A stretch of 63,972 bases of DNA, filler included, from Choristocarpus tenellus KU-1152 (taxonomy: Eukaryota > Protista > Phaeophyceae): assembly GCA_964200185.2 (NCBI GenBank). It is 9 parts of 9 records of this genome, joined end to end, with 100 filler letters (N's around TTAATTAATTAA, not from the genome) between each part and the next. Parts side by side here need not be neighbours in the genome. Positions count along the whole stretch, not along the records: positions 43,733 to 53,629 come from CAXNAD020003298.1; positions 53,730 to 58,667 come from CAXNAD020012454.1; positions 58,768 to 61,364 come from CAXNAD020026422.1; positions 61,465 to 63,972 come from CAXNAD020027217.1; 5 more parts are not named here. One strand, given 5' to 3'. Positions 49,360-61,855 of the stretch are shown here, one piece after another (the stretch's first letter is position 1; each line of letters opens with the position of its first letter). The notes below the pieces were generated by a model. The model had not been told where the DNA came from, searched no databases, and saw only the letters and a list, made by a program, of their open reading frames with translations. The position numbers were made by a program, and so were the translations under genes.

Positions 49360-52300
49360 CTTACTGTATAAAATTGGAAACACAGTACACAATTCATTCC
49401 CAACGATTTCCAAACAAATTGCTTCTTACATATTGTGGTCGCATCACACATACTTCCAAAAAACTGTACCCACCAACAGGAAATATAACACAGAATGAAA
49501 AAAGTAATTAAACCTATTCACCAAAGTTCCGAAATTGGCTTTAAAAGAAGGAAAACAATTTCTTCCCAACAGAAATGTCCAGACGCATCACGAAAAAGTA
49601 AATATATTAAGAAATAAGAAAAAAACAAAATTCAAACTGGAAGAGCATTTCCATTCTTTTGAACTTTTCACTTACAAAATTCTAGGAATAACCAGAAGAT
49701 CTCTTAGTAACTCTATCAGTTCACTCTTGTTAAGCATGGGCCTTATCAGTACCAGTAGTAGACACAACGTTACTACTTGAGAATGGTCCTCGTACTGTCA
49801 AGTGCCAAGCCTCCAGTTTTCATTCAGGGGACATCTGAACTTTCTCAGACCAGGCGATGAACAGCTTTTGTTCTGGCAAGTACCGTCAGCGTTTTTAATG
49901 CAGTACAAACCAAGCTATCATGAGGTATAATAAGGTATTGACACTATTTGTCTGGTTTCTTCTACACACTGTCTACCAGATGTTGGCAGGCTCTTCTCTT
50001 GGATGGTGTAACAAGGAGGGTTGTCACATGTGATGGATCAGAACACAAACTGGTTTAAATGGGGTATCGAGAGCTCTTCTTCTACTGAAAGGGGATATTA
50101 TGCTTCTACTCTGTGAGGGAAACCAAACAATGTATTATGTCGCATCCTTTCATCCTACATCACCAACATTCTCATACCAGTTCATCCTCCACTCTGGTAT
50201 TCCACCAAATATCCAATGTAATATGATAGCAGCCATTTACATACCTTTAGGATGAAGGCAGTAAGTATTACAACAAGATAAGAGGTTAAAAGAAAAGCAT
50301 GATGGATGTCGACACCTTCAATTCCTGCCATCACGATTAATGAAGGGGATTGTCCAGTCTGTTGCAGTATTTAATTTTAATACACCTCGCCTCTGTTGTT
50401 TGTTTGTTGGGTGCTCTGCAATGCAAGGGGTGTCTTTGACATCCACATTAATCTAATTTGCACTTTATGGAACATATGAGAGCATTGAGGCACCTCAACA
50501 CCTCCAACACATCAGAACATCCAGGCAAAAGGGCACCTAGTATCTTCAATGACTAGAGTATACGCCCTATTTCATAGCATTGATACTTGACATATGGTGA
50601 AGGGTGGACATGATCTATCCTAATATCAGTATATCCGTATTCAAACTGGTCTACAAAACAAAGGGGGGTGTTCTATCAGGAGCCCCTTGGCTGACAGAGT
50701 GTGGAGATCTATGCCATACCTGGAAACAAAATGGTGTACCATGCACCGGAAGTACCCTGACTAGTCCAACAAAATTCACCACTAGCCTCTATTAATACTC
50801 TCTCAACAGTCCTCTTTCAACAGTCTAATGTACTCTCCTAAACCTCCTCACTTCCAATGTACCCCATCTTCCAGTCAGAAAACACTACACAACAAACCGT
50901 TTACAAAACGAACCCATCTTATCCTCATCAGCCACAAAGATGTATTGACCTCCTTAAGACACTCCAACTCTTTTGCCTCTCCAAGCCTCCCTAGGCACCA
51001 ATGAGTCTGTGTCATGACAATACATGATCGCAGTTTATGACTGACCAATTGATGTGGCCGCTATCTTGCACGAGAAGCTCAGAGGCTTGCCAGGTTTAAA
51101 AATCTTTGACAGAAAAGGACAGAGCGGGGCATCAATAGCGCATCCATGTTGGGAGTTTGTCAAAGGACAAGCGGAGGGACTGTCAGGGCTATATAAAAAT
51201 ATATAAGAATATAGATGCATGAATCACTTTCATACCTCATCTCCCCCTTCAATAGTCTAGTCATGAGTAGATTATTAGACTACTATTACAATGTAGTGTA
51301 TTAGTCGTCACAGTCCTAAGGAACAACTGTTAAAGATGTCATAGTGAGGGGAAGAAATAGACAATGTACTGTGCTCCTAGAAATGTATTCACTTACAAGT
51401 TTTTCCTTCACACCACGAATATAAAGATTAATTGCAATGTTAATAAATTTTCTTTGCACTACCAATACCCCTCACGATTGTATCTCATACAAAACTCAAA
51501 ATATTTAGAGGCATTAGTTAGGGGCAATGGTCATTCACATTTTCTAGAGTATACATGTATCTATGTGTAGCATCCAGTGAGGACACCTTCCTGTGAATGT
51601 CCTACATGTGTCTATGTGCATGAAATGCAGTTACATATCACATTCCATCCCACAAACAATAAACAAAAATCAGTAGATGATCAACACTATCAATATCAGT
51701 AGTGAGTTAGGTAGCAGCACCAGAACCTCCTTTTCATGTATCCTGTGATACGTAACTATTAACTACAACAAGACCAAGTACTCTGATAAAAAAAAGTGAC
51801 CTGAGGTGACCTAACCCAACTTTTTTCTTTTCCAGACAAGTTGTTGGGACTGGTTCATGTCAAGAATGCAATGCTTTCAAGTGCACCTCTCATCCTCTAT
51901 CATACACCATGTATCATGCATCATCCACAATCTGACCTCATCAATATGCCCTGCCCCCCTCCATATTTCTCAATTTCCACTGAGAATGGGTCATATTAGG
52001 CAATATGAAACTTGAACGGAGAACAAGAGGAACAGGTTATATCTTGATATCTTGATGTGTGGTATCCTAAAACAAATTATATCCAGCTTCACCATAAATC
52101 AAGATATCGCAGTAAGAATGTCACATAAAATAGACACTGCAATGGCACATCACAAGCTCTACTAGAGGTACCATGCATAAACTAAGGGTCAAACAGAGTA
52201 TGAGGCATTTTGAGTCTGAGGTCTACTTCTTCATAACTTGATTTTTTCATGGGCAAAAAGTGAAAAACAGAGCGCAAAACAATTTTTAACAAAATAATAT

Positions 52301-53844
52301 TATCATTCAACAAAACAATGCTAATCAATTGACAAAATAATGTTAATCAGTCAACTTAGCTAACCACTTCCTAACAAAACATCACTATCATCGGGTCATA
52401 TATATATATACCCTCAATCACAAAAATATCTGAACTTAAGCCTAACAGTTGAACCTCAAGGCCCAGTCCTTAATTACTAGTATCTGGGAAAGCACACTCG
52501 TGGGATGTGCAGAATATTAATGTTTTTTAAAAAAATTTGCGATGGAAAGGACTGTTCCTAACCAAGTCATGCTGTAACTAACCCTAACCCTACCCCAAAT
52601 AAAAAACAAAAAAATATTGACCTCAACCTTTCACTATTAATTAAACACAAGTCCTTGAGTTGATCCAATTCAACTAAATACCACATACTGCGTACCACCA
52701 TCAATAGTGAACAGAAGTATATTCAGAAAATAAATAATTACATCATACAAAAAAATAAATAAACAGTAGGTCTCCCAAACTACTTAGCAACTATCTGTTC
52801 TATAGTGGAACTCACTCTCACCTTTTCCAGTTCTTTGAGCTCCTTGGTGATGACAAAGTGTTCCTCCTCTCCATCAGCGTCCTTGAGCCCATATGCCAGA
52901 AGTGAGGCATTTATCGTATCCTTCACAACTTCAGAAGTAGAAAATGCATGCACTTCACCCATGGCATAGTCAGGTATCTGGCCAATATCAATGTACACAT
53001 GTAAAGGAGGGATTCACTTTGAGATTGTGTTCTTCCTGATATCAGTAAAAAATAAAAATTTTAGGTTGACTTGGGTCACCTCTCACAACAAAGAGCAACA
53101 GAACATGAAATTACTTTAGTAACACTTAATAGTAATACACAACAACAAAAAATAGAAAATGCAACACCTTATAATAGATCATCTTCAGGACACGGTTTTG
53201 AACAGGAACAAAACAGCAATCCGCCTTTGCTGTGAATATGAATACAAACATGACCTATGTACCTATGTACTCAACACACACAATCAAGAGGTTTCACACA
53301 TACAATGCAAGGCACCAACGAACTTAAAACACACACACACACACACAATGGTAAAGTGCCCTCAAGTAGCCAGTAACTTTGGAATGATTGGATACGCAGC
53401 ACAATGGACAACTCTATAGACTGAAAACAACGCAGGGCCAACCAACAGTCAACAAGGTGGCTGGCTGGGGTAGGAGGGCAAGGAGCATCCAAATGTAGCC
53501 AGTTCAGTACAAAATACACTAGGTAAGGTTGATTTTGTTGATTTCTATTTTCCGACCTGTCCTGCAGGGTATCCCGGGAAGTTTGCCTTTTTTTTTAGCT
53601 CTCTTAGTACCTCTGTATTCTTAGACCTANNNNNNNNNNNNNNNNNNNNNNNNNNNNNNNNNNNNNNNNNNNNTTAATTAATTAANNNNNNNNNNNNNNN
53701 NNNNNNNNNNNNNNNNNNNNNNNNNNNNNCCCGCCCGCCCGCCCCCCCCCCCAACTCTGTTCCCCCCATGCCCTATCAATACTGGACACACGCCAGAGCC
53801 CCAACTAACCCTAACCCCTATTTTATTATTTTTGTTGTTTACAG

Positions 53845-56800
53845 TACCGGCGGTGGCAGATGGCAGCCCTGACAGTCCAGACGTGGATGAGGATGACCAG
53901 TGCTTCCAAGAAGTACCTCTTGGATCGCTCCAGAGCTATCATGGTTCAGGTGGGACTGGTCTGGTCCCCATTTGTATGCAATGAGTGATGTGATTTATTT
54001 TTTTTGTAGCTGTGAAGTAGGTGTTGGTGACTGGTCTGGTCAATTGGATGGATGGATGGTTTGTTGGTTGGTTGGTTGTGTTGGTTAGTGCTCTGGTCAA
54101 TTGGATGGATGGTTGGTTATGTTGAAGTGGTTTTGGTGGTGTGATAGAGGCAGGGAGGGTGGTACTGAGTTTTTTATTTGTTTTTTATTTTTTGTTGTGG
54201 TAAGAGTAAATGAGATGATGTTGTGGCATTGTGTTGGTAGTGCCATCGGATTGGCTGTTTATTTTTGTTAAAAAAAATCTAAGTGATTGAACTGGATTTA
54301 TTTGTGCAGTCTGTTTTTTGAGGTAGTACATATTTTTATTTACAATAGTAGATTACCGTTTTTATTAGATAGTTAAATCTGTGTTTTATTTTTTGTGCAG
54401 GTTTATTCTTTTTTTTTCTTGATGTGTGATCCTGTCCCATCCAATGGAACTCTCGAATTATTTTGATACATTTTTTTATTATTAGTTAATGGAATTTTTT
54501 TAGTGAGTATATCATGAACTCAACCCCCCACACCCCCATGTCCTGTTGTTTTGTTTTTGTTGTTTTTTGTTGACCAATAGTGTGTGTTCCGGAAGCGAAT
54601 TGCTAAGGTGGAGATGCGTCGATTAAAGCAGGAAAGGGATGATGTCAATGCTCTTCAGGCTCAGATCAGGGCATTCAAGGTCGGTCGGCCATCTCAGCTC
54701 TAACCCTAACCCTCAATTTCTTCGACTTGGTTATATTTGGTTTCGCCATTTGGTTAATAATGGTCTGAGTTTAAGGTTAGGGTTAGGGTTGAATGCTTTC
54801 TGATTGTTGTCAGCACCCCTTAGGAGCTTAGCTCTGTGTGTGTTATCTATCAATTATCAATTGCAGAAAGTCCTCATCACCAAAATGATTAGTTCTGAAG
54901 GAACACCACATCAAGTATATACATGTGTTGTATATATCTATGTATGTGTTTGTATTATTGTGTGCTTTAGTGGTATTACCCTGTGTTGATATGTACCTCC
55001 CCAGACGATGTGCTTGCATAGTGATGGACTTGAAGGATGAAGGACTGCTCCTGTTGTAGTTTTGGTTACAAACCCTAACCCTATTCTTGTATCCCTACAG
55101 GTCATAGAAATCTTATGCAGTACAAACATTTTGAATTTTTTGAAGTATTCTGAAAGGCACCCAATCTCTTATCTAACCCTAACCCTAACTGTAGCTAATG
55201 CAGTGGGAGGAAGGTTAGCTATTTCTCTCTCTCTATCTTAGTATAGTCTTAGTATAGTACAGTAATGCATACCCTCTTGGTGTTGGCATACTCTTGGTAG
55301 ATGACGTAATTACAATATTGAGAAAATGGTCTCAAGTAGATATTTGAGTTGAATAAATATATATATATTATATATATATATATATATTTAATTCCATTAT
55401 TATTATTATTATTGTTTACATTGGTATGGGAATAAAAATATTTCACCATCTCTTATCATCAGTGCACAATAAAAACATAAATATATGTATATTAATAACA
55501 AAAAGTAATATGTGTTGTTCCTGTTTGTTGCTGGTGTTGGTTTAAAAAGGAGATGGAGTTGAAAATGAGAAAACAGCAGGAGGAAGCCATTGCCAAGATT
55601 CGGGCTGAGGCAGAGGCTAAGGCTAGAGCAGAGGCCAGGGCAAGGGCAAGGGTGAGATGCTGTACTACTCACTTTAGGGTTGGGCAAGTGAAGCGTTCTT
55701 TTTGGGGGGGAGGGCGGCGGGGGGCTTGGGAATTGTGTTGTAATTGTATACCAGAGTTATCCTATATGAGGAAGAAAAGTAAAAGAGTTAATGCAGTTGT
55801 GGTTTTTAGTTGGTGTACTTTTGAGATGGATTGCCACAGCAATGCTTTGTGTGGGAGGGTGGGGTGTTGATTATGAGCACTTTGAGAAATGGGAGAGTTG
55901 TGGTCTTCTTTGTTTTTTATTTGCTTCAATATTTTGGGGTTTTTTTAGGTAGTCTGTATATGATGGGGGATGGGTGGGGGTGAAAGTGTTTTTATAAGAT
56001 TTGTGGTTAGGGTTTTCCTGTATGTTTTTGTTAGCTTGCTTATTGGTTTTTGAGAGAGCTTTTGAAGAGTACTGACTGGTTAACTGTTCAACAACGCCTG
56101 ACTATTTTCTTTCTTGCTGTTGGTCAGGGATGCTTTGCTGTTGGGTTGCATGAGCAATTTCTTGCCCTCTCCCCTCTCCAAGAAAGTAGGTGTTTGGAAG
56201 GTTTTCACTGCCGGTGAAACTGACTGTGAAAAAAACTGACCACAGTAGTATGTGTTATGTATGTGTATGTATATATATATGTTTTGGAGGTGTACCTTTT
56301 AAACGTCGTGTTGGTGTGTTGATCCTCTCAGTATTAGGTTGGCAGGCGTATCTGAGTTGGCGTTCAAAAACCGTTTGTTTGTTTTTTACTGTATTTTTTT
56401 TTAATAAGTATGCCCCTGTCTTGGTGGTTTGATTGGCAGGAGGAAAAGGAGGCGAGAGAGAGGGCAGAGAGGGAGGCCAAGATCAGGGCAGAGAGGGAGA
56501 GACTGGCCAGGTTTGTTTGGTTGTTTAGTTTGGTAGTGCACTTGATTGTGTGTTTGTTGATCCTGTCGATGGTCTTGGGGTTGATTTAGGATGTGTGCTT
56601 GGGTACTCTGATAGATAGTTATATATACATACATATGTACATTGTGTGTTTTCTGCTGTTGACTTATTTACCAGTATTTTTATTGTGCATTTGATTTTTG
56701 AATTCCTGGTTGGACTCCCCACCCTGTCCCCTACTCATGTGGCACGATATAGAACAAAGTATGTGGTTACCATACGTGGGTCTTGTCTCTTTGTCTCCTC

Positions 56801-58470
56801 AGGATCACAGGATCAGATACCAACAAAATACATACACACACATATATATATATATTGCCATGTACTGAAGTGAAGGGGTAAGGAAAGTTGGATTGTCTCA
56901 GGGTGATGGTTTTGAATCAGATGCCAAAGTTGGGTTCTTGATTGACTGTTTGGGTGTATCTTCGAGGGCTAGTCCTATTTTGAAGCAATCGATCAATTCG
57001 TAGGCTTACATGGTTAGACTTTGGAGGTCTGAAGGTGTGGTTTAGAGGATTAGAGGTTTTGATTCGGGTAGTGTGTTATATATTGCAATAATTGTAGGTG
57101 TGGATAGTTGTTCTAATTCGATGTTGTGGATGGAAGGCGTGTTTGCTCTCATCCAGTTGAAAGCATGCGGCGATCAACGTGTGTGGATGCCAATTTTGAA
57201 AAATATATATTAAAAAATATATATTTACCTAGTTACGATTAGTGCATTTACTACATGTTTTTGTTTTATTATTCTGACTAATGATATCGTTCACATCTTT
57301 TCCAGTTATGCGGAACTGTTCCTTCGTGGCCTCCTAAAGATGTCAATAGATGGTTATAAATGGGGACATTTTGCCCCTCTCACCTTCCCTCCCCTCTACC
57401 CATTCTTGACTCGGGAGCGTGTGCAGAATTGATCAAAATTGATCGGATTCCACTTCAGCCTCTGAGTAAATGTAATTTGTGCGATCCTTATGCTAGCCCT
57501 AACCCTGTATATATACTCCACCTCTAAGTGTCCATAAACTTCAACTTCAACTTCAACCCGTGTGAGAGAGAGGAAGTAGGTCACTTTTAGGGGAAAGAAT
57601 TGTGACAATATTGTCACGGTTGATGTAGGTTGATGCTGCATCCGATGGCAAAGATACGTGGGGAGGGGGAGGGGGATGGGAGGGGGGGGGGGGGGGGGGG
57701 GGGCGGGGGGGGGGGGGGGAGCATAGTGCACACAAGTTCTTGGGCATGGTCATCCATCGTTCGGCACCTCCCACTTCAGGGAACTCGTGTGTGTTTTGTT
57801 GGTTGGTTGGTTTCTCTGGTCCTTATTGTGTCCCGTTCACCCTAACCCTTTTTACCAGGGAAGAGGCAGAAATGAAAGCTCGAATTGAGGAGGACTACCG
57901 ACTTCAGGTTATCAAGGCTGAAGCTGAAGCAAAGGCAATGTTGGCTGCAGAGGAAGCAAGGGTCAGGTACGATACTACATCATTGACACACATAGATGAA
58001 CGCATACATGTGACTTGTGTTTGGTACCCCCCCCAGTCTCCCCTGTCTCTACTTATGTTGCAATATATATATTTATTTATTTTTGGTTGGGGTTAGGGTT
58101 AGGGCTTGTGGTGGTAGATGAGGACAATTGAGTGATGTGGTTGGTGCTATCAATGGGTGGATCATGTTATTATTTTATTATTATTATGAGTTAGCGGTGA
58201 AACCCTAAACCCCAACCTGCGTACCAGGAAGTGTGATGGATATATATTTATTTTTTATTTTTTTTTGAGACTAGACACGCCTTGTCATCATCTGTTTTTT
58301 GTTTTTTTGTGGGTTATGGTTGGTGGTGCTACAGGGCAAAAGAGGAGTCAGAGAGGAAAGCGAGGGAGGAGGAGGAGGCTAAGGCAAGGAGGGCCAGGGA
58401 GAGGAAGGAGAGGGAGGCCAAGGAGGAGAGGGAGAAGGCAACACAGGAGGAAGAACTGACTCGGATAATG
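53845..58470 (+). CDS. Myosin-like neck/tail: IQ motifs followed by coiled coil and E/R/K/A-rich helix; exons 53845-53949, 54581-54679, 55550-55651, 56440-56510, 57859-57966, 58335-about 58470
   Basis: YRRWQMAALTVQTWMRM...RAIMVQ|CVFRKRIAKVEMRRLKQERDDVNALQAQI gives two IQ-like motifs followed by the post-IQ pattern seen in myosins, then EEKEARERAEREAKIRAERERL etc. Exon phases 0,0,0,2,2 are consistent. The motor domain is not in the contig, so myosin identity is inferred. Confidence 0.7.
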
Positions 58471-59465
58471 TGCGCTGTCTGTCTCAATTGAATGATTTGT
58501 GGGTATTGGGTATGTTGAGGGTGGGGTGAAGGCATCATCATCCTATTGGTTCATGGTGTGGTGAGAAAGGGAAGGGGTAAGGGTTAGAGAGGGGGGGGGG
58601 GTTGTATTTTTTACTTGGGTGGGGTGTTTTTTTTTTTGTGGTGTGGTGTTTTTTTTTTTTTTTGTGTNNNNNNNNNNNNNNNNNNNNNNNNNNNNNNNNN
58701 NNNNNNNNNNNTTAATTAATTAANNNNNNNNNNNNNNNNNNNNNNNNNNNNNNNNNNNNNNNNNNNNGGGGGGGGGGGGGGGGGGGGGGGGGGACTGTTG
58801 AGGTACGTAGGTGTGCTTGGTTGGAGTGGTGGAGGGGTGGGGTAGCTGTGAAGAGGATACTCTCCTAAGACCCTGGTTTAATGTTGTTGATAAAGTAGGA
58901 TGGCTCATGTGTAAGGCATGACAAAGTTCAAGAAGCTGCAAAACGGTTTTCTTTTCAAGACTGAAAATAATTTCAAGTCACGGAAGCATTCTTGCCACCA
59001 AAGGCAAGACCTTTGGCAGTTAACTGGCTGCGCGATTTTGAATTTGAAATCCTAGTGAGGGGTGGCGGCAGGGCCTGTGTTTGATATGAAATCCTACTTA
59101 CATGCTTCTTTTACATCTCCGTGCTTTTTTGTTCCAAATATTGAAATTTCAACTCCAGTTAGTGAATCGCCCCGGGGGGGTGGATGGGGATGCCAGCTGC
59201 CACATCAAACCACATCACCTGAAACCCCCACCCGACAGATATAACATTAGATACAATGATAGCCCAAGGACAGATCTTTCCTGCCATGATAGGACCGAGG
59301 GATGAGATCACCCCATCAAGACACAGTGCTATCTATTGGGACGTGTATCCCTCACGATATGAATCAGGGCCATCATCTGTCAACACACCCAAAAGAAAGA
59401 ATGCAACAGATCTGTCTATTCCTGGGAATCGAACAGAGAGGAGAGTTGGGAGGGAACTCATCCTA

Positions 59466-59736
59466 ACCAAAACATCTCGCGAGGGTAGGAGTTTTGCCCT
59501 GTTTGTCCATCCGGGGCTTGGCTTCCCACGGGTTTTTTATGCCCCTTTTTGGTCTTCTGTGTGAATACTGACCCTAACCCTAAAATGTGTACGACTATGA
59601 AAGGTGTGTCTGGAGCAAGGATACTGATGCTCGCTAGCAAACACAATAGGATAGCCAAAATTAGATCAAAATCGCAAAACATTGGATTTATGACCCCGAA
59701 CGGATGGTGGCCCTGCCCTCTCAAATGCTTTTGGTC
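59466..59736 (-). mobile_element. MITE family B, divergent subfamily
   Basis: B-type interior (CTGTTTGTCC...GGCTTGGCTTCCCACGG...GATAGCCAAAATTAGATCAAAATCGC) with variant ends ACCAAAACATCT / AATGCTTTTGGT. Confidence 0.75.
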
Positions 59737-60130
59737 ACTCTAACCAAATACAATTAATTGTAAAGAGGAATGAATAGTAGCCGGTAGGAGAGGGGATGTG
59801 TGTTTGGCTGCTTTGAGTACTAAGAGGTTTTCTCAGCTTTGTTTTTACAGAAGATGGGGGCCGTTGAAATTATGGCATTGATAAGGAAAAATTTCTTCTG
59901 TAACCCTAACCCTTTGCAAAAAGACTTCCAAATGCGCTCTACATTGATGGACTGAGCGCTCCAAGAAATATGTGGCACCGGGAGGTCAGAGGGCCTCAAA
60001 AATTTCAGTGGTGCCACCCTCTCAGATTCTTCATACTTCGACTTAGGGTCTGTCCAGCAATTCATCTCTTTGTTTTTGCATGCATAGTGCACACTCCAAT
60101 ATGCATGTAGCATGTACTATATGTGTATCT

Positions 60131-60276
60131 GGATTAAAGTATATGGGTGGGAGGGGGGGGGGGGGGGCGGGTCCTTTCGGGGCCCTTTTTTGGGTGTCCC
60201 GAGTCTGGGGTGATTTGGTTGTGTTCATCAGATGGTTNNNNNNNNNNGTTTTTTGTGTTTGTGGGTTGGGGATGGT

Positions 60277-60307
<31 letters not shown>

Positions 60308-60462
60308 CTGTCCATTCGGGGCCCATTTTTCGATGTCACGATTCTTGTGTGATTTGGTTGTATGCATCAGATGGATAATGTAAGTTCACTTCTCCTGGTC
60401 AGGGTCCGAATAGATACCCTGGTACAAACCCCCTCTCCCCCGCCCTCCAGAAACTTTGAGCC
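60131..60462 (-). mobile_element. MITE family A, degenerate/duplicated across a 10-N gap
   Basis: Reverse-orientation A interior (GTCCATTCGGGG...GATTTGGTTG...ATGGATAATGTAAG) ending CCAGAAACTTTGAGCC. Poly-G runs and gap 60238-60247 suggest local misassembly. Confidence 0.65.
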
Positions 60463-61173
60463 TGTAGTAGTATGTAGTATGCATTTTTTGTGTGCGTGTA
60501 CTATGTAGTATGTACTATGTAGTATGTTTATCTGGTACAAATGTACAGTTCTGTATGTTCACACCTCAATCGTGTTGTACTGCATACAAACTTACCGCAC
60601 AAAAGCATGCCACCCAGGCACACAGAAACCCCTTAGATTCAAATAGTACTCGGAGGGGGCATCGGCAGCAACTCAAATACCCACGCATCAACTATTTTCA
60701 CAGTGATCTCATTCTTGTTGTTTTATCTCGGTATCTGTACTCATTCTTGTGTACTCATTCTTGTGTACTGTGTGTACTCATTCTTGTGTACTGTGTGTAC
60801 TGTGTATACTCCAAAATCACTTACAGATATTTCCATATATTGCTGCATACGTAGATACATAAATGTACATAAATATAAAGATATATTTATTTATCTTGCC
60901 TAAGTGCTCTGGGTACTGTTGTAGATGTTGAATATATCAATGCACTTTACCTTTGTACCAAGTTCACTCGATCAAGTAGATTACTAAAACCTCAATGAAA
61001 AAATCACCACAATATTTTTACATACATATATATATATATATATTTCCCCAGCGTGGTGCAAAAAACACACACACATACATACATACATACATACATACAT
61101 GCACGCATACCTTGCAGCACTCTGCACACAATCATATCAGAAGCGCGCGCCCTCCTATAGTACAAAAAATCAC

Positions 61174-61352
61174 CTGCTCAACCCAGAGAGGATCCCCACT
61201 GCCCCCTTGATAGCACTGCGGAGATCGCTTGCACTCTGACGCCCCACCCCCTCGTCCCACACGCTTCCATATTGTTCCGCCTTCCCACTCCCACCGCCAC
61301 CCCTGCACCTATCCCTCCCCCTCCGCTCCCCTGATGGACTGGGGGAGTCCAT
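61174..61352 (-). CDS. Possible first exon of an unknown gene
   Basis: GC-rich open frame from ATG 61352 (MDSPSPSGERR...LRSAIKGAVGILSGLS) ending at a GAGCAG|gtgatt donor. No recognisable domain. Confidence 0.3.
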
Positions 61353-61855
61353 AATAGATTGTAANNNNNNNNNNNNNNNNNNNNNNNNNNNNNNNNNNNN
61401 NNNNNNNNTTAATTAATTAANNNNNNNNNNNNNNNNNNNNNNNNNNNNNNNNNNNNNNNNNNNNGTGGTGGCTGAAAAGCAATGGTGAAAGAGGTTCGCA
61501 TTGGTTGGTCATCGGATGCGGGGGGGGGGTGACTGGAAATCAGTGGCGAAGTGGTCGCACTGGTTGGTCACAAAGTGGTGGCACAATAGGGAAGGGAAGG
61601 GAATGGGTGGAATGTAAACATAGGATTAAATAATAATAATAATCCAGAATTCGTGAGGAAACCAAAGAGTAGTGATTACTACAAAAATATTGAAGTTATA
61701 CACAGTTCGTGGAGAGGGCATACACGGCAGAAAAGAATAAATCAAATCGTACTCTTCCATTTTTTGGTCAAACACATGTTGATTGTTGTTTGATGTTTGA
61801 ATACTGAATAATAGGGACACCACTTCCACCCCCTTGGTCCCTCATCACTACTCAC

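Larger units (their letters stand above)
45990..53035 (-). pseudogene. Decayed multi-exon gene of unknown family (candidate exons 53035-52822, 50719-50537, 50324-50245, 49794-49676, about 46210-45990)
   Basis: Several minus-strand segments are bounded by cag| and |gt(a/g) and give protein-like translations (e.g. IPPLHVYIDIGQIPDYAMGEVHAF...KELKELEK; YEDHSQVVTLCLLLVLIRPMLNKSELIELLRDLL). There is an in-frame TGA at 53016-53014 and stops in 50719-50537. No family recognised. Confidence 0.35.

Noticed and set aside
57660-57720. Long G runs (also 58768-58793, 60277-60306) as G-quadruplex elements
   Set aside because: Homopolymer tracts cluster at contig ends and gaps, and their lengths are unreliable in short-read assemblies.
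7281-61464. Recurrent TTAATTAATTAA palindrome flanked by Ns
   Set aside because: Artificial six-frame-stop linker used to concatenate contigs; not biological.
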